Positions 47,767-57,204 of a DNA stretch of 64,000 bases are shown one piece after another (the stretch's first letter is position 1; the number at the start of each line of letters is the position of its first letter). The position numbers and the translations under genes are program-made. Source of the stretch: an uncultured delta proteobacterium (GTDB lineage Bacteria > Desulfobacterota > WTBG01); contig CAWCBP010000014.1 in the NCBI GenBank assembly GCA_963793865.1, positions 1-64,000 on the forward strand, in the 5' to 3' direction. Below the pieces are notes generated by a model. It was not told where the DNA came from, did not search any database, and was given only the letters and a program-made list of their open reading frames with translations.

Positions 47767-48930
47767 CTAGCCGAGCACATTAACCTTCTGCCCGTCCTTG
47801 AGGTTCAAAATATCGTCCGGAATGGCGCCCTGTCCGAAAAACGACCACTCCTCATTTCCCCCGGATTCGGTTTTGACGCCGATGACCACCCGTTCGCCCT
47901 GCTGCAATCCGGAGGCGACGGCCGTGAACTCATCACCTTCAATGCCGGTGGCAATGGTTTTGCGCGACAGCGTGCCTTCATTGACCGTAAACACGAACTG
48001 GGTGTCGCCTTCGGTTATGACGGCGCTTTTGGGCACGGTGAGTACCTGCTCCTTCTTGCCGAGCAGGAAATCAAGGTTGGCGGTCATGCCCAGCTTGAGC
48101 GCCCGGTCAGGATTGGTGATGCGCGCTTTGACCCGGTAGGTGATGCCTACCTCACGCCTGCTCGAGGTCATGAATGCTATTTCCTTGACCACCCCCTGGT
48201 AGGACTTGTCAGGAAAGGCGTCGACTGAAATGTCTGCCTGCTGGCCCACCTGAATCTTGCCGATGTCCACTTCATCAACATCGACAATGACTTCCAGATC
48301 GCCGAGGTCGGCAATCTCCGCCATAAAAGTGGGGGCCGAAAACGTGGCTCCCCCGAGGGGACCTGCCACGATCTCACCCACCGCCACGTTTTTGCTGACG
48401 ATGGTTCCGCTCGCCGGCGCGGTGATGGTGGAATTGTTCAGCCGGGCGGTTGCCAGCTCATAAGTGGCACGGTTTTGTTGTACCATCGCCCTTCCCACAT
48501 CAACCGCCTGCTGGGAAGCTTCAAGCTGCTCCTGGGAGGCAAACCCCTTTTTAAAGAGCTCCCGGACGCGGGTCAGATTGCTTTCCACATTGACCAGGTT
48601 GATCTGCGCCTGGTTGAGGGCCTCCCGGGCCTGGTTAAGCTGGGCCTTTACTTCAGCGTCCTGCAGCTTGATGAGCACCTGGCCCGCGCGCACATCATCA
48701 AGCTCGTTGAAGTATACGGCGGCCACCCTGCCCGCCATTTCAGAGCCGATTTTGACCCGAAGGGTGGAATCGATCGCCCCCGCGTAGGCAATGGTCTGCG
48801 AGAGGTCGCGCAGGGCCGCCTCGGCGGTTTTCACCGTGAGCTTTTCAGGGAAGAGAAATTTCCACGAGGCTATCGCCAGAAGTAGGGCGATGCAAATGGT
48901 GATGATCAGGAGCTTGCGGGCTTTAACCAT
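47767..48930 (-). CDS. MacA-like periplasmic adaptor
   Basis: N-terminal TM; GRVAAVY, ITAPASGTIV, VDEVDI, GMTA, VPKSAV. Confidence 0.9.
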   Translation of the reverse strand: MVKARKLLIITICIALLLAIASWKFLFPEKLTVKTAEAALRDLSQTIAYAGAIDSTLRVKIGSEMAGRVAAVYFNELDDVRAGQVLIKLQDAEVKAQLNQAREALNQAQINLVNVESNLTRVRELFKKGFASQEQLEASQQAVDVGRAMVQQNRATYELATARLNNSTITAPASGTIVSKNVAVGEIVAGPLGGATFSAPTFMAEIADLGDLEVIVDVDEVDIGKIQVGQQADISVDAFPDKSYQGVVKEIAFMTSSRREVGITYRVKARITNPDRALKLGMTANLDFLLGKKEQVLTVPKSAVITEGDTQFVFTVNEGTLSRKTIATGIEGDEFTAVASGLQQGERVVIGVKTESGGNEEWSFFGQGAIPDDILNLKDGQKVNVLG

Positions 48931-48951
48931 AACGGGTTCTCTCAAGGGTTG

Positions 48952-50145
48952 TTATTCATAATGCAGCGCGACAATCGGATCGAGGGCAGAGGCCTTAAAT
49001 GCCGGATAGACGCCGAAAAAGGTACCTATGGAAAAGGCAAAGAGCATGGCCACCAGCAGCGCTAGGCAGGAGATGCCGAACTGAAAGTCGGGATAGAGAA
49101 AGGATATGATATAAGCCGCCGCGTAGGACACGATGATGCCGGCCAGCCCGCCAACCAGGGAGATGATTATCGACTCCGCCAGGAACTGGAAGAGAATATC
49201 ATTGTCCTTGGCGCCCACCGCCTTGCGGATGCCGATCTCCTTGGTCCGCTCCGTTACCGCCACCGTCATGATATTCATGATGCCGATGCCGCCCACCACC
49301 AGCGAAATGGTGGCGATGGCACCGAGCATGATGGTGAGGATGGAGGTGATCTGGTTGAATATGTCCAGCGTCTGCCCCTGGCTCTGAACATAAAAATCGT
49401 TTTCGTCAAGGTGTCGCGAGAGAATGGCGGTGGTTTCGGCTATGGCGGCGCCGATGTTCCCCGCCTCGGGCACCTTGGCCATGATCAGATCAATCTCGGT
49501 GGAGTTGAAAAATTTCTGGGCGGTGGTTATGGGAACAAAGATGTAGTCATCCTGGTTTATGTTGAAGAGCAGCCCCTTTTTCTCCATGATTCCTACAATC
49601 TGGAAATTTCTTCCGTTGACGACCAGCTTTCTGCCGATGGGATCGACCCCGCGGAAGAGGTCCTGGTAGACGCTGTACCCGAGGACACAGACTTTGCGGT
49701 TGGAGACGAGATCGCTTTTCCCGATGAATTGGCCTTTCTCAACCTTCCACTCTCTCACTGCGGCGAAATTGGGGGTCGTGCCGGTAATAATCGCCGTATT
49801 GCGGGATTTCTTGCCGTACTTTACCAAGGCGGTTTTGTTGATCACCGGAGAGGTGACAATGCCGAAGCTGTTCTCCTGGGTGATGGTCCTGGCATGCCAT
49901 TCCTTGAGCTTGCTGGTGACGTAGGCCAGCGGCTGCTTCTTGGGATCGGCGGGAAAAACAAAATAGAGGTTCGATCCCAGCGACTTGATGCTTCCGGTAA
50001 CCTGGCTGCGCACCTCGAGTGAGAGCGAGGTGAGGAGCACAATGGCGGCGACCCCGATGATTACCCCTAAAATGGTGAGCAGCGATCGGAGCTTGTTTGC
50101 CCTCAGACCCTCAAACGATACCTGTAGGATTTCAGTTGCCTTCAC
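48952..50145 (-). CDS. MacB/FtsX-like ABC permease
   Basis: NKLRSLLTILGVIIGV, VGGIGIMNIM, ERTKEIGIRKAVGA, QFLAES. Confidence 0.92.
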   Translation of the reverse strand: MKATEILQVSFEGLRANKLRSLLTILGVIIGVAAIVLLTSLSLEVRSQVTGSIKSLGSNLYFVFPADPKKQPLAYVTSKLKEWHARTITQENSFGIVTSPVINKTALVKYGKKSRNTAIITGTTPNFAAVREWKVEKGQFIGKSDLVSNRKVCVLGYSVYQDLFRGVDPIGRKLVVNGRNFQIVGIMEKKGLLFNINQDDYIFVPITTAQKFFNSTEIDLIMAKVPEAGNIGAAIAETTAILSRHLDENDFYVQSQGQTLDIFNQITSILTIMLGAIATISLVVGGIGIMNIMTVAVTERTKEIGIRKAVGAKDNDILFQFLAESIIISLVGGLAGIIVSYAAAYIISFLYPDFQFGISCLALLVAMLFAFSIGTFFGVYPAFKASALDPIVALHYE

Positions 50146-50147
50146 CG

Positions 50148-50885
50148 TTATTCTTCCTTGCCCCGCGGGAATCTTCTCTGCAGCTCATCAGCCGCATTTT
50201 TCTTCTCTTCCACCTTCTCTTCCCGGGTTATCCTGCCATCGGTCAGATGGACGATTCTGTGGGAGTGTTGGGCGATGTACTGGTCGTGGGTAACCATGAG
50301 GATGGTCATGGAATCACCGTTGAGCTTCTGCAGCAGCACCATGATCTCCAGCCCGGAATGTGAATCAACATTGCCGGTGGGCTCGTCCGCCAGGATGATG
50401 GCCGGGTCATTGATCAGGGCGCGGGCTATGGCAACCCGCTGCTTCTGCCCTCCGGAGAGCTCGTTCGGCTTGTGCATGACCCGATCCTCCAGCCCCACGG
50501 CCTTCAAAAGCGCGAGCCCCTTATCTTTGGAGCGGGTTTTCGGCTGATCGCTGTAGAGGAAGGGAAGCATCACGTTTTCCAGCGCGCTCATCCGGGGAAG
50601 GAGATTGAAGCTCTGGAAAATGAAACCGATTTTTTTGTTGCGCAGGTAGGCAAGCTGCGAGCGGCTCATCCTGGCAGTTTCCGTTCCCTCGATTTCCACG
50701 CTGCCTTCGGTAGGATGATCCAGGCATCCGATGATGTTCATCAGGGTGGATTTGCCTGAGCCGGAAGGTCCCATGATGGTGACGAATCCTCCCCGTTCGA
50801 TCTCAAGCGAGACGCCTCGTAAGGCCGGCACGGTGATGGAGCCCAGCTCGTAACTCTTTTTCAGATTGCACACGCGAAGAATCAT
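50148..50885 (-). CDS. LolD/MacB-type ABC ATP-binding protein
   Basis: GPSGSGKST, LSGGQKQRVAIARAL, LADEPTG, VTHD. Confidence 0.93.
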   Translation of the reverse strand: MILRVCNLKKSYELGSITVPALRGVSLEIERGGFVTIMGPSGSGKSTLMNIIGCLDHPTEGSVEIEGTETARMSRSQLAYLRNKKIGFIFQSFNLLPRMSALENVMLPFLYSDQPKTRSKDKGLALLKAVGLEDRVMHKPNELSGGQKQRVAIARALINDPAIILADEPTGNVDSHSGLEIMVLLQKLNGDSMTILMVTHDQYIAQHSHRIVHLTDGRITREEKVEEKKNAADELQRRFPRGKEE

Positions 50886-50966
50886 CAGACACACCTTTCG
50901 TACGGTGCCCTAATATAACTGAAATGAAGCGATTTTTCAAGCCAAAGAATTGGTGGAGGTACTACA

Positions 50967-52754
50967 CTAGCCCGTCGGGAAGGGCGGGGGATCCGCCAGC
51001 GGACGCCACTGCAGCCACTTGCCTGCATCGTAGTACAGGAAAAAGGAGCGGGGATGGTCCAGAGGCAGGGCGGATTGCACCACGATGGATTTCACCCGGC
51101 CTCCCTCCACGTTCTCCAGGGTTATGGTCAGATCAGGAAGCTGAAAGGTTTCTCCCCGGCGGAAGGCGCGGTTGAGGGAAAAGAGCTTTTCGGTATTGGT
51201 CTCAAAATAGTAGCGGGCGGGATGAGAAATCCTCAGCCGGTGCGCGTCAAGCACCTCGACTGAGACCGGCTCGTCAAAGGCGGAGAGGGGATAAAGTTTC
51301 ATGCCGGTTGCGCTGACCGAGCGCACCGCGGCCGTCAGGTCATTGTTAAAGGCGGGAAGGGGCGGGTGAGGAACCTGCCATTCGGCAAAGCGGTAGTAGA
51401 GGGCATAGTAGAGGCCCAGGTACATGTAGTTCTCGCCCGAAAGACCCATTTCGGCGACGCCCTGCCGGGGGAAGTTGAGGATGAATAACCTGTCAGCAGT
51501 TGTCTTGCGGGGGATGATTTCATCCACGGCGCTGTAAAATGCCTCGTACTCGGTCTGCAGGACCTTGTCAAACTGGCGGGCCTGGATGATGTTGGTGATC
51601 GGCGGCAGGATCAGGGCAACGACCAGGAAAAAATAGGCGAGCCCCTTGCGCTTGAGCATGAAAATGGCGAGGGCCGCAAGGTAGGCATAGCCGATGCTGG
51701 GAATGAGCAGGAGGCGGTCATTGATGGGAGGCACCACAATGAAGGGAAGGGGGAGCACCATCCACACGATGAACAGGCTGATTTCGGGAAAGCGGTCCCG
51801 CTCCTTCCAGATACGATAGGTGATATAAGCCGCGACGGAAAACTGCAGTACCAGGACGTACCAGTAGCGGGTGACAAAATCAGGTCCCACCGAGGCCAGT
51901 ACCCCGCCATAAAAAAGTGCCGCGAGGTAAAGCCCGGTCGCTTTTAAAAAATCAATGGGGTAGTCCCGGAGCAGCCGCTCTCCATACCAGTAGCTTCCGT
52001 ACCCGTTCGCCTGGTAAAAGAGAAAGTAGCTTACATTTATGATGAACAGGAGCAGGTACACCTTCCATTGGCCGGTAAGCGCGGCCCTGAGGTTTTTAAA
52101 GCGTATCAGGTCGTGGATGAGGATGAGGACGGGAAAGATGAAAGAGATCTCCTTGGTGCAGAGCGCGAGGATGTACGACAGTATGAAGAAAAGCCCCGGG
52201 AGCGGCCTTCTCTTCTCGAAAAAACGCAGGTAGAAGATGAGACTTGTCACCAGAAAGATGGCGCAGATGATATCATTGCGGGATGCGATCCAGCGCACGG
52301 TCATGTAGTGGCAGGGCTCGAGGGTGAAGATAAGCGCACCGCAAAAGGCCGCCCACGCGTGCCGGAAGAAGGCGGCATAGAGAACATAGAGCAGCACCGC
52401 CAGCACTGCATAGAGGACGACATTGTGGACATGATACGGAAGGGGATTGCTTTTCCAGAGGGTGTAGTCAATGAGATGGCTTACGGAGGCGACCGGCCGG
52501 AAGTAGCGTATGCGCCAGCTGGTGTTGGTCCACCAGGGCACGGCGGTCATCTGGGTATAGTAGGTTGCCTCCTCCGGCGTGGTGACGAAGTTAAAAATAT
52601 TGACTTCCCGCTCCCCGCGGCTGATGAGCTTGAGCATTTCCTGCTGGGCATAGTCGTCAAACATGAAACCGGCATCGAAGGTGTGGGTATACATGAGGAA
52701 GACAATGAAGATGAGAAGAGCGGAGTGGAGGAGCGGATTATTGAATCGCTGCAT
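50967..52754 (-). CDS. GT-C-fold-like (PMT/ArnT-like) polytopic membrane glycosyltransferase
   Basis: First-loop acidic FDDY, YFRPV, YHVHN, WIASR, TKE; many TM segments. Confidence 0.65.
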   Translation of the reverse strand: MQRFNNPLLHSALLIFIVFLMYTHTFDAGFMFDDYAQQEMLKLISRGEREVNIFNFVTTPEEATYYTQMTAVPWWTNTSWRIRYFRPVASVSHLIDYTLWKSNPLPYHVHNVVLYAVLAVLLYVLYAAFFRHAWAAFCGALIFTLEPCHYMTVRWIASRNDIICAIFLVTSLIFYLRFFEKRRPLPGLFFILSYILALCTKEISFIFPVLILIHDLIRFKNLRAALTGQWKVYLLLFIINVSYFLFYQANGYGSYWYGERLLRDYPIDFLKATGLYLAALFYGGVLASVGPDFVTRYWYVLVLQFSVAAYITYRIWKERDRFPEISLFIVWMVLPLPFIVVPPINDRLLLIPSIGYAYLAALAIFMLKRKGLAYFFLVVALILPPITNIIQARQFDKVLQTEYEAFYSAVDEIIPRKTTADRLFILNFPRQGVAEMGLSGENYMYLGLYYALYYRFAEWQVPHPPLPAFNNDLTAAVRSVSATGMKLYPLSAFDEPVSVEVLDAHRLRISHPARYYFETNTEKLFSLNRAFRRGETFQLPDLTITLENVEGGRVKSIVVQSALPLDHPRSFFLYYDAGKWLQWRPLADPPPFPTG

Positions 52755-52976
52755 AGTTGGTATGGATGTGATTGATTATCTGCCGGATGTTCTGCCGTAT
52801 TGGCAGAGATGTAAAACGCACTGCTATTTTAATTAGTTACAACTGCACTATAAACAAGCGGGGATGAATGGTCAAGATGAAACTGCACATGGGATGGATA
52901 TCGGGTCGCTCATGCCAAGTAGGGGCGACCGGCCGGTCGCCCCTGCGCAGACTTACTAATAAATCTCTGGATAAAA

Positions 52977-53014
52977 ACCCCCTTTCCTCCCTGTCAAACA
53001 GGGCGGAAAGGGGT
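52977..53014. terminator. Hairpin, likely minus-strand terminator
   Basis: ACCCCTTTCC.CCCTGT...ACAGGG.GGAAAGGGGT preceded by an A-tract. Confidence 0.6.
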
Positions 53015-53032
53015 AGCGTGCTCATTCGATAC

Positions 53033-54421
53033 TCAGTAACTCATGTTGACCTTGAACTCATCTCCCATCGCCTGCAGGGCATTGTCATACCGGCGGGCGT
53101 ATACCGAGCCGATCCCGGAGAGGAGGTTTGCCAGGGAAACCTTGTTCCAGGCAACAATAATAGTGTTCTCGCTGTCGATGGCAATGGAGGGCGAGTTATT
53201 CAAATCGAACCCCTGGCTCACTTTGATTTCGCTGGAAAGGGAGGACCCGGTGCCGTATATAGCTTTGAGATAGATGTTGTCATTGAACAGGTTGCTGCCG
53301 CCCCAGGTCACAAAGAAGTTTCCGTCGCTGTCCGGCGCAATGTCGATGCCGGTGTTGGAAAGATAGTTGCCCGCGTCCACGAAGGCCGATGGGGTGTATG
53401 CTGAACTGATTCCCATCTGCAGCGGTCCTGACGAGGAGGTTCCCGTTGGAGAGAAAAGGGCTGCCATGATCCTGACCTTGAGGCTGAAGAGATCGATGGC
53501 ATTCCAGGCGATAAGCGCGGTATTGCTGCTGCTCACCGCGACCCTCGAGTTAAAACCCAATCCCACCATCTGCTTGTTGTAACCGCTCACCACCTTGCCG
53601 GAGGTGTCGTACTTGCTGTAGTAGACGGCGCAGAGGGGAAGATTGGTATTGAGAAAATAGGGCTGCAGTCCCGCTGCCGTCCAGGTGATGAGGATTTTGC
53701 CGTTTGCGTCGAAGGCAACCGACGGGGAAAAGTACAGAACAGGATGCATGACGGTCGAGCCGTCTGCTGTTTCCATATTGCTTGCCACTTTGACCGGGTT
53801 GCCGGCCTTGCCGTCAGGCTTAACCACCACAAGGTAAATGCCGCTTTCGCCGGTGCCGACGATGAAGTAACTCCAGACGATGGCCAGCGTGTCATCGCTG
53901 TGAATGGCAATGGCCGGGGAATAGGGAATGCTGAGTATTGCTTGCGGAGCGTCCTCCTGCTGCGGGCTGATGGCCGAAAGCGTCGCGGGGGATGCGTCCG
54001 CAGCTGCCGCCGCAAGATGGGGGCTCACCCTGGTATAGATTACCTGGGCGCTTTCCGAAGATAAAAGCCCGAAGGCGCACCAGGCGATCACCGCGTTATT
54101 TTCGCTGTCGGTCACGATGTCGGGATCGTAGTTAAGCAGGGCGGTGGAGCCGAAGCCGGAGTTGACCCAGAAGCCGGTATTGTCGAGAGGTTCGCCGTTT
54201 GAATCATAGCGCTTGGCCAGGATGCCGGGCAGATGTCCCAGCCCCATGTAGCCCCAGGTGACGGTGAAGTTGCCATTGCTGTCCGTCGCCACGGCAGGCA
54301 TTGCGTTGATATCCAACAGGGACCGGGGGCCGATGGTTTGGGCATGGGTGTTGCCGGAGTTTCCCGCAATCAGGGCGGCGAAGAGAGAAAAAGAACAGAA
54401 AAGCAGTATTGAATTCTTCAT
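53033..54421 (-). CDS. Secreted beta-repeat (propeller-like) protein
   Basis: Signal peptide; repeated P.(V/I)A.DS.GN..V.W and (K/R)RYD..G motifs. Confidence 0.7.
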   Translation of the reverse strand: MKNSILLFCSFSLFAALIAGNSGNTHAQTIGPRSLLDINAMPAVATDSNGNFTVTWGYMGLGHLPGILAKRYDSNGEPLDNTGFWVNSGFGSTALLNYDPDIVTDSENNAVIAWCAFGLLSSESAQVIYTRVSPHLAAAAADASPATLSAISPQQEDAPQAILSIPYSPAIAIHSDDTLAIVWSYFIVGTGESGIYLVVVKPDGKAGNPVKVASNMETADGSTVMHPVLYFSPSVAFDANGKILITWTAAGLQPYFLNTNLPLCAVYYSKYDTSGKVVSGYNKQMVGLGFNSRVAVSSSNTALIAWNAIDLFSLKVRIMAALFSPTGTSSSGPLQMGISSAYTPSAFVDAGNYLSNTGIDIAPDSDGNFFVTWGGSNLFNDNIYLKAIYGTGSSLSSEIKVSQGFDLNNSPSIAIDSENTIIVAWNKVSLANLLSGIGSVYARRYDNALQAMGDEFKVNMSY

Positions 54422-54819
54422 GCCTGAGCTCCTTGGATGTAGAGTCTTAAATCCTGTAATTAAGGGACCATTTCTTGCATTTGAACTCATGATGGCAGGA
54501 GCGGCTTTAGCCGCGATGTTATTACATTTTATCGGAACATTACCCACTGCACTTTAATGAATAGTAGGAACACATAATTGTTCCTTTTATTGGTCAGTCC
54601 TGAAAAATCGGTGGTCGCAGGCTGTAGTCGCAGGCTTTAGCCTGCGGGGATGCAAAGCAAGAGGACCATTTTAATACAAAGTTTGCAGCAACAGGCATGA
54701 AGCGAACTGGTGACAAGCTGTGCCGGTTTCATTACAGAAACGGTTAACATATATGCTTGGAAGATCATTGAAGAAGGTATATGCGTGGTAGGAGCGGCCT
54801 TTGGCCGCGAATAAAGCGT

Positions 54820-54848
54820 TTGACATTACGTACGTTATCAGGTACGTT
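54820..54848 (+). promoter_or_regulatory. Sigma70 promoter with YefM-type operator
   Basis: TTGACA-17 bp-TACGTT; two GTAC-centred palindromes 12 bp apart (54830, 54842). Confidence 0.7.
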
Positions 54849-54867
54849 ATGGGCGGAGGTGATTTTC

Positions 54868-55110
54868 ATGACCACAATTAAGGCGACAGAAGCCCGGGCA
54901 AAACTTTATAAATTGATCGACCAGGCTGCAGAGTCCCATGAGCCGATCCAGATCACCGGCAAGAGAGCAAATGCCATTCTCATCTCTGAGGAAGACTGGC
55001 GGTCCATCCAGGAGACGCTCTATCTCTTATCAATTCCGGGGATGGGAAAATCCATTCGCCGGGGCCTCAAAACGCCGGTCGAGAAATGCAGCGAGAAGCC
55101 CGGATGGTAA
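54868..55110 (+). CDS. yefM: Phd/YefM antitoxin
   Basis: ATEARAKLYKLID, PIQITGKR, SEEDWRSIQETLYL. Confidence 0.9.
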   Translation: MTTIKATEARAKLYKLIDQAAESHEPIQITGKRANAILISEEDWRSIQETLYLLSIPGMGKSIRRGLKTPVEKCSEKPGW

Positions 55111-55370
55111 GGTGGAGAATTGTTTATACGAAGCAGGCGCAGAAAGATGCAAAGATGATTGCGGCGGCCGGCCTCAGGCCGAAAGCGGAAAAGCTGCTTC
55201 TCATCCTGTCAAGAAACCCGTTCCAAAAGCCGCCTTCCTATGAAAAATTGCGTGGGGACCTGTCAGGAGCTTATTCGCGACGGATCAACATCCGCCATCG
55301 CCTCGTCTACCAGGTCATCAGCGAGATCAGAACCGTCAAGGTTATCCGGATGTGGACCCATTATGAATAA
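55104..55370 (+). CDS. yoeB: Txe/YoeB toxin
   Basis: YEKLRGDLSGAYSRRINIRHRLVY, RMWTHYE; overlaps antitoxin end. Confidence 0.9.
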   Translation: MVRWRIVYTKQAQKDAKMIAAAGLRPKAEKLLLILSRNPFQKPPSYEKLRGDLSGAYSRRINIRHRLVYQVISEIRTVKVIRMWTHYE

Positions 55371-55570
55371 AGGATCGGGCGGGTAATCTGGAAAAAAGCC
55401 CTGCTGACGATCTTTAGAATAAACGATTAGGGGTCTTATAAAGAAACTATATATCATCCCATTCCAGGCGAAGGAAAGGTTTGCCAGAGCGCAACACAAT
55501 CAAATTCTGATTGGGCTTCACATTGGTATGATATGTTGCAGAATTGCAATTAAAAGGTTCTATAAAGAAA

Positions 55571-55590
55571 CCATCTAATCATTGTTGGGC
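55571..55590 (+). other. Putative attI-like integron recombination site
   Basis: CATCTAA-5 bp-GTTGGGC immediately before first cassette gene; no attC hairpin upstream. Confidence 0.45.
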
Positions 55591-55605
55591 GAGGGGGAGC
55601 ACGCT

Positions 55606-56023
55606 ATGAAGAAATTTGCATTCATTGTCGGGATCGTGATTGTCGCTGCCGGTTTCGTTGCACTCGGTTGGTTTCTGGGCGCCCAGAAGCAGCTCTTGAA
55701 CCAGCTTTTGTCGGTGCAGACACTAGACAAGCACCTCACGGATACCGCCCGAAGCGATGTTACTTGAGCAGATTGATTCCGGTCGGGTGGATGATGCGCG
55801 CCATTCGCTCCAGATTGAGTTGGCTGGGCAGATTTTGACGGTGGACTCTCTCCTTGATGCAGCGGATTCACGAAGTCGAGAGTTGGCGAGTAAGGTCTTT
55901 GCGTGCATAGCACGTCAACGGACTGAGCATCCGCACACTTACACCGGCCAATTGCCGCAGTTGGATTCAGACGTTTCCGCGAAAAGAATTGATTCAATCT
56001 TGCAGAGAGCTGCTCAGAAGTGA
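55606..56023 (+). CDS. Integron cassette gene, membrane-anchored hypothetical protein (frameshift near 55755)
   Basis: MKKFAFIVGIVIV TM; continues LLEQIDSG...AAQK; bounded by GTTGGGC and attC. Confidence 0.65.
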
Positions 56024-56026
56024 AGA

Positions 56027-56098
56027 GGCCAACCATGCGATGGAGCTAACCGAGTCCCGCGCTGGCGCGGCCTCGGTAGATCATCTTGAGCGTTATGC
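56027..56098 (+). other. Integron attC site
   Basis: GGCCAAC-5 bp-GATGGAGCTAACCGAG...CTCGGTAGATCATC-6 bp-GTTATGC; hairpin with two extrahelical bases. Confidence 0.85.
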
Positions 56099-56177
56099 GT
56101 AAATAATAAATCTTGATTTGATTTTTATATTGGCCTATATATTGGTCAATAATAAGTCCAAAATTCGGAGCCATAGT

Positions 56178-56462
56178 ATGAAACCAATTTCCATTACAAA
56201 TGACATTGTTCCTATTGCCGAATTCAAAAAGGGTATCTCAAAATGGTTCAAGAGCCTCAAGGCTACCGGCCATCCCTTGATCATTACTCAAAATGGAAAG
56301 CCGGCCGGCGTTCTCTTGTCACCTGGCGAGTATGACGACCTGGTATATAAAAAATCTTTTCTTGATTCTGTTAGCAGAGGAATAACAGATGCTGAAAGCG
56401 GAAAAACCTATCGAACCGAGGAGGTACAAGCGGCATTAAAAGGGAGAAGAAGCAAGGGATAA
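56178..56462 (+). CDS. Phd/YefM antitoxin (cassette 2)
   Basis: DIVPIAEFK, PLIITQNGKPAGVLLS. Confidence 0.88.
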   Translation: MKPISITNDIVPIAEFKKGISKWFKSLKATGHPLIITQNGKPAGVLLSPGEYDDLVYKKSFLDSVSRGITDAESGKTYRTEEVQAALKGRRSKG

Positions 56463-56468
56463 CCCCTT

Positions 56469-56845
56469 ATGAAAATCAAATGGTCACATGAAGCCCTTGA
56501 GCGCTTAATCGAGATTGAAGACTATATTTCAAAAGACAGCCCGGCCCGGGCCATACAATTTGTCGATCAACTTATTGAGCATGCGGAATTATTATCTGAC
56601 AAACCGCGCATAGGCAGGATGTTCCCGAACTCGCCACCCCCGACATACGAGAACTGATATTTAAAAAATATCGCATTGTCTACAGGCTTGAAAAAAATCA
56701 CATTATCATACTTACTGTTTTTGAAGGGCACAGGATGCCTCGATCTGCTGAATTTGATGTTGACGCAGATAAAACCCTGAAGAACGCACCTACCACATCA
56801 CTTCAGCCGACCTCTTTCAGGAAGATCAAAAAATACCTAGAGTGA
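56469..56845 (+). CDS. RelE/ParE toxin (frameshift near 56621; C-terminus runs through degenerate attC)
   Basis: MKIKWSHEA, YISKDSP.RA, PRIGRM; shifted frame PEL..PDIRELIFKKYRIVY...TVFEG. Confidence 0.85.
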
Positions 56846-56852
56846 AAAAGCA

Positions 56853-57075
56853 ATGAAACAAAAATTTCTGCTTTGCATTGACAATGAGGGTTGCGAGGCA
56901 TCCTTGGAGATACGAAAGTTGTATGAGACCATTCCAGACAAGGAGGCTGCAGCGTCACAAGCAGGTGAGAATCATTGACGAGTCTGGCGAGGATTATCTT
57001 TACCCTTCCAGGTTCTTTGCACCTGTCAGGCTTTCAATGCAAACAAAAAACAGAATACTCGAAAAATCAGCTTAA
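56853..57075 (+). CDS. Small conserved hypothetical protein (frameshift near 56950)
   Basis: FLLCIDNEGCEASLEIRKLY joined to VRIIDESGEDYLYP. Confidence 0.65.
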
Positions 57076-57204
57076 AAAGAAGGAGCGATCTCGGGCCGGG
57101 AAAAACATCGCACCTGAAGGTGCTCCTACCATTATTGGTTGATACCGGAAGAACATTGGCAACGAACTCGGGATAGGGGCGTATTGCCATACGCCCGCGG
57201 CTCC

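Noticed and set aside
54685..54750. attC-like start CAACAGGCATGAAGCGAAC
   Set aside because: Right arm does not pair convincingly; too degenerate to call
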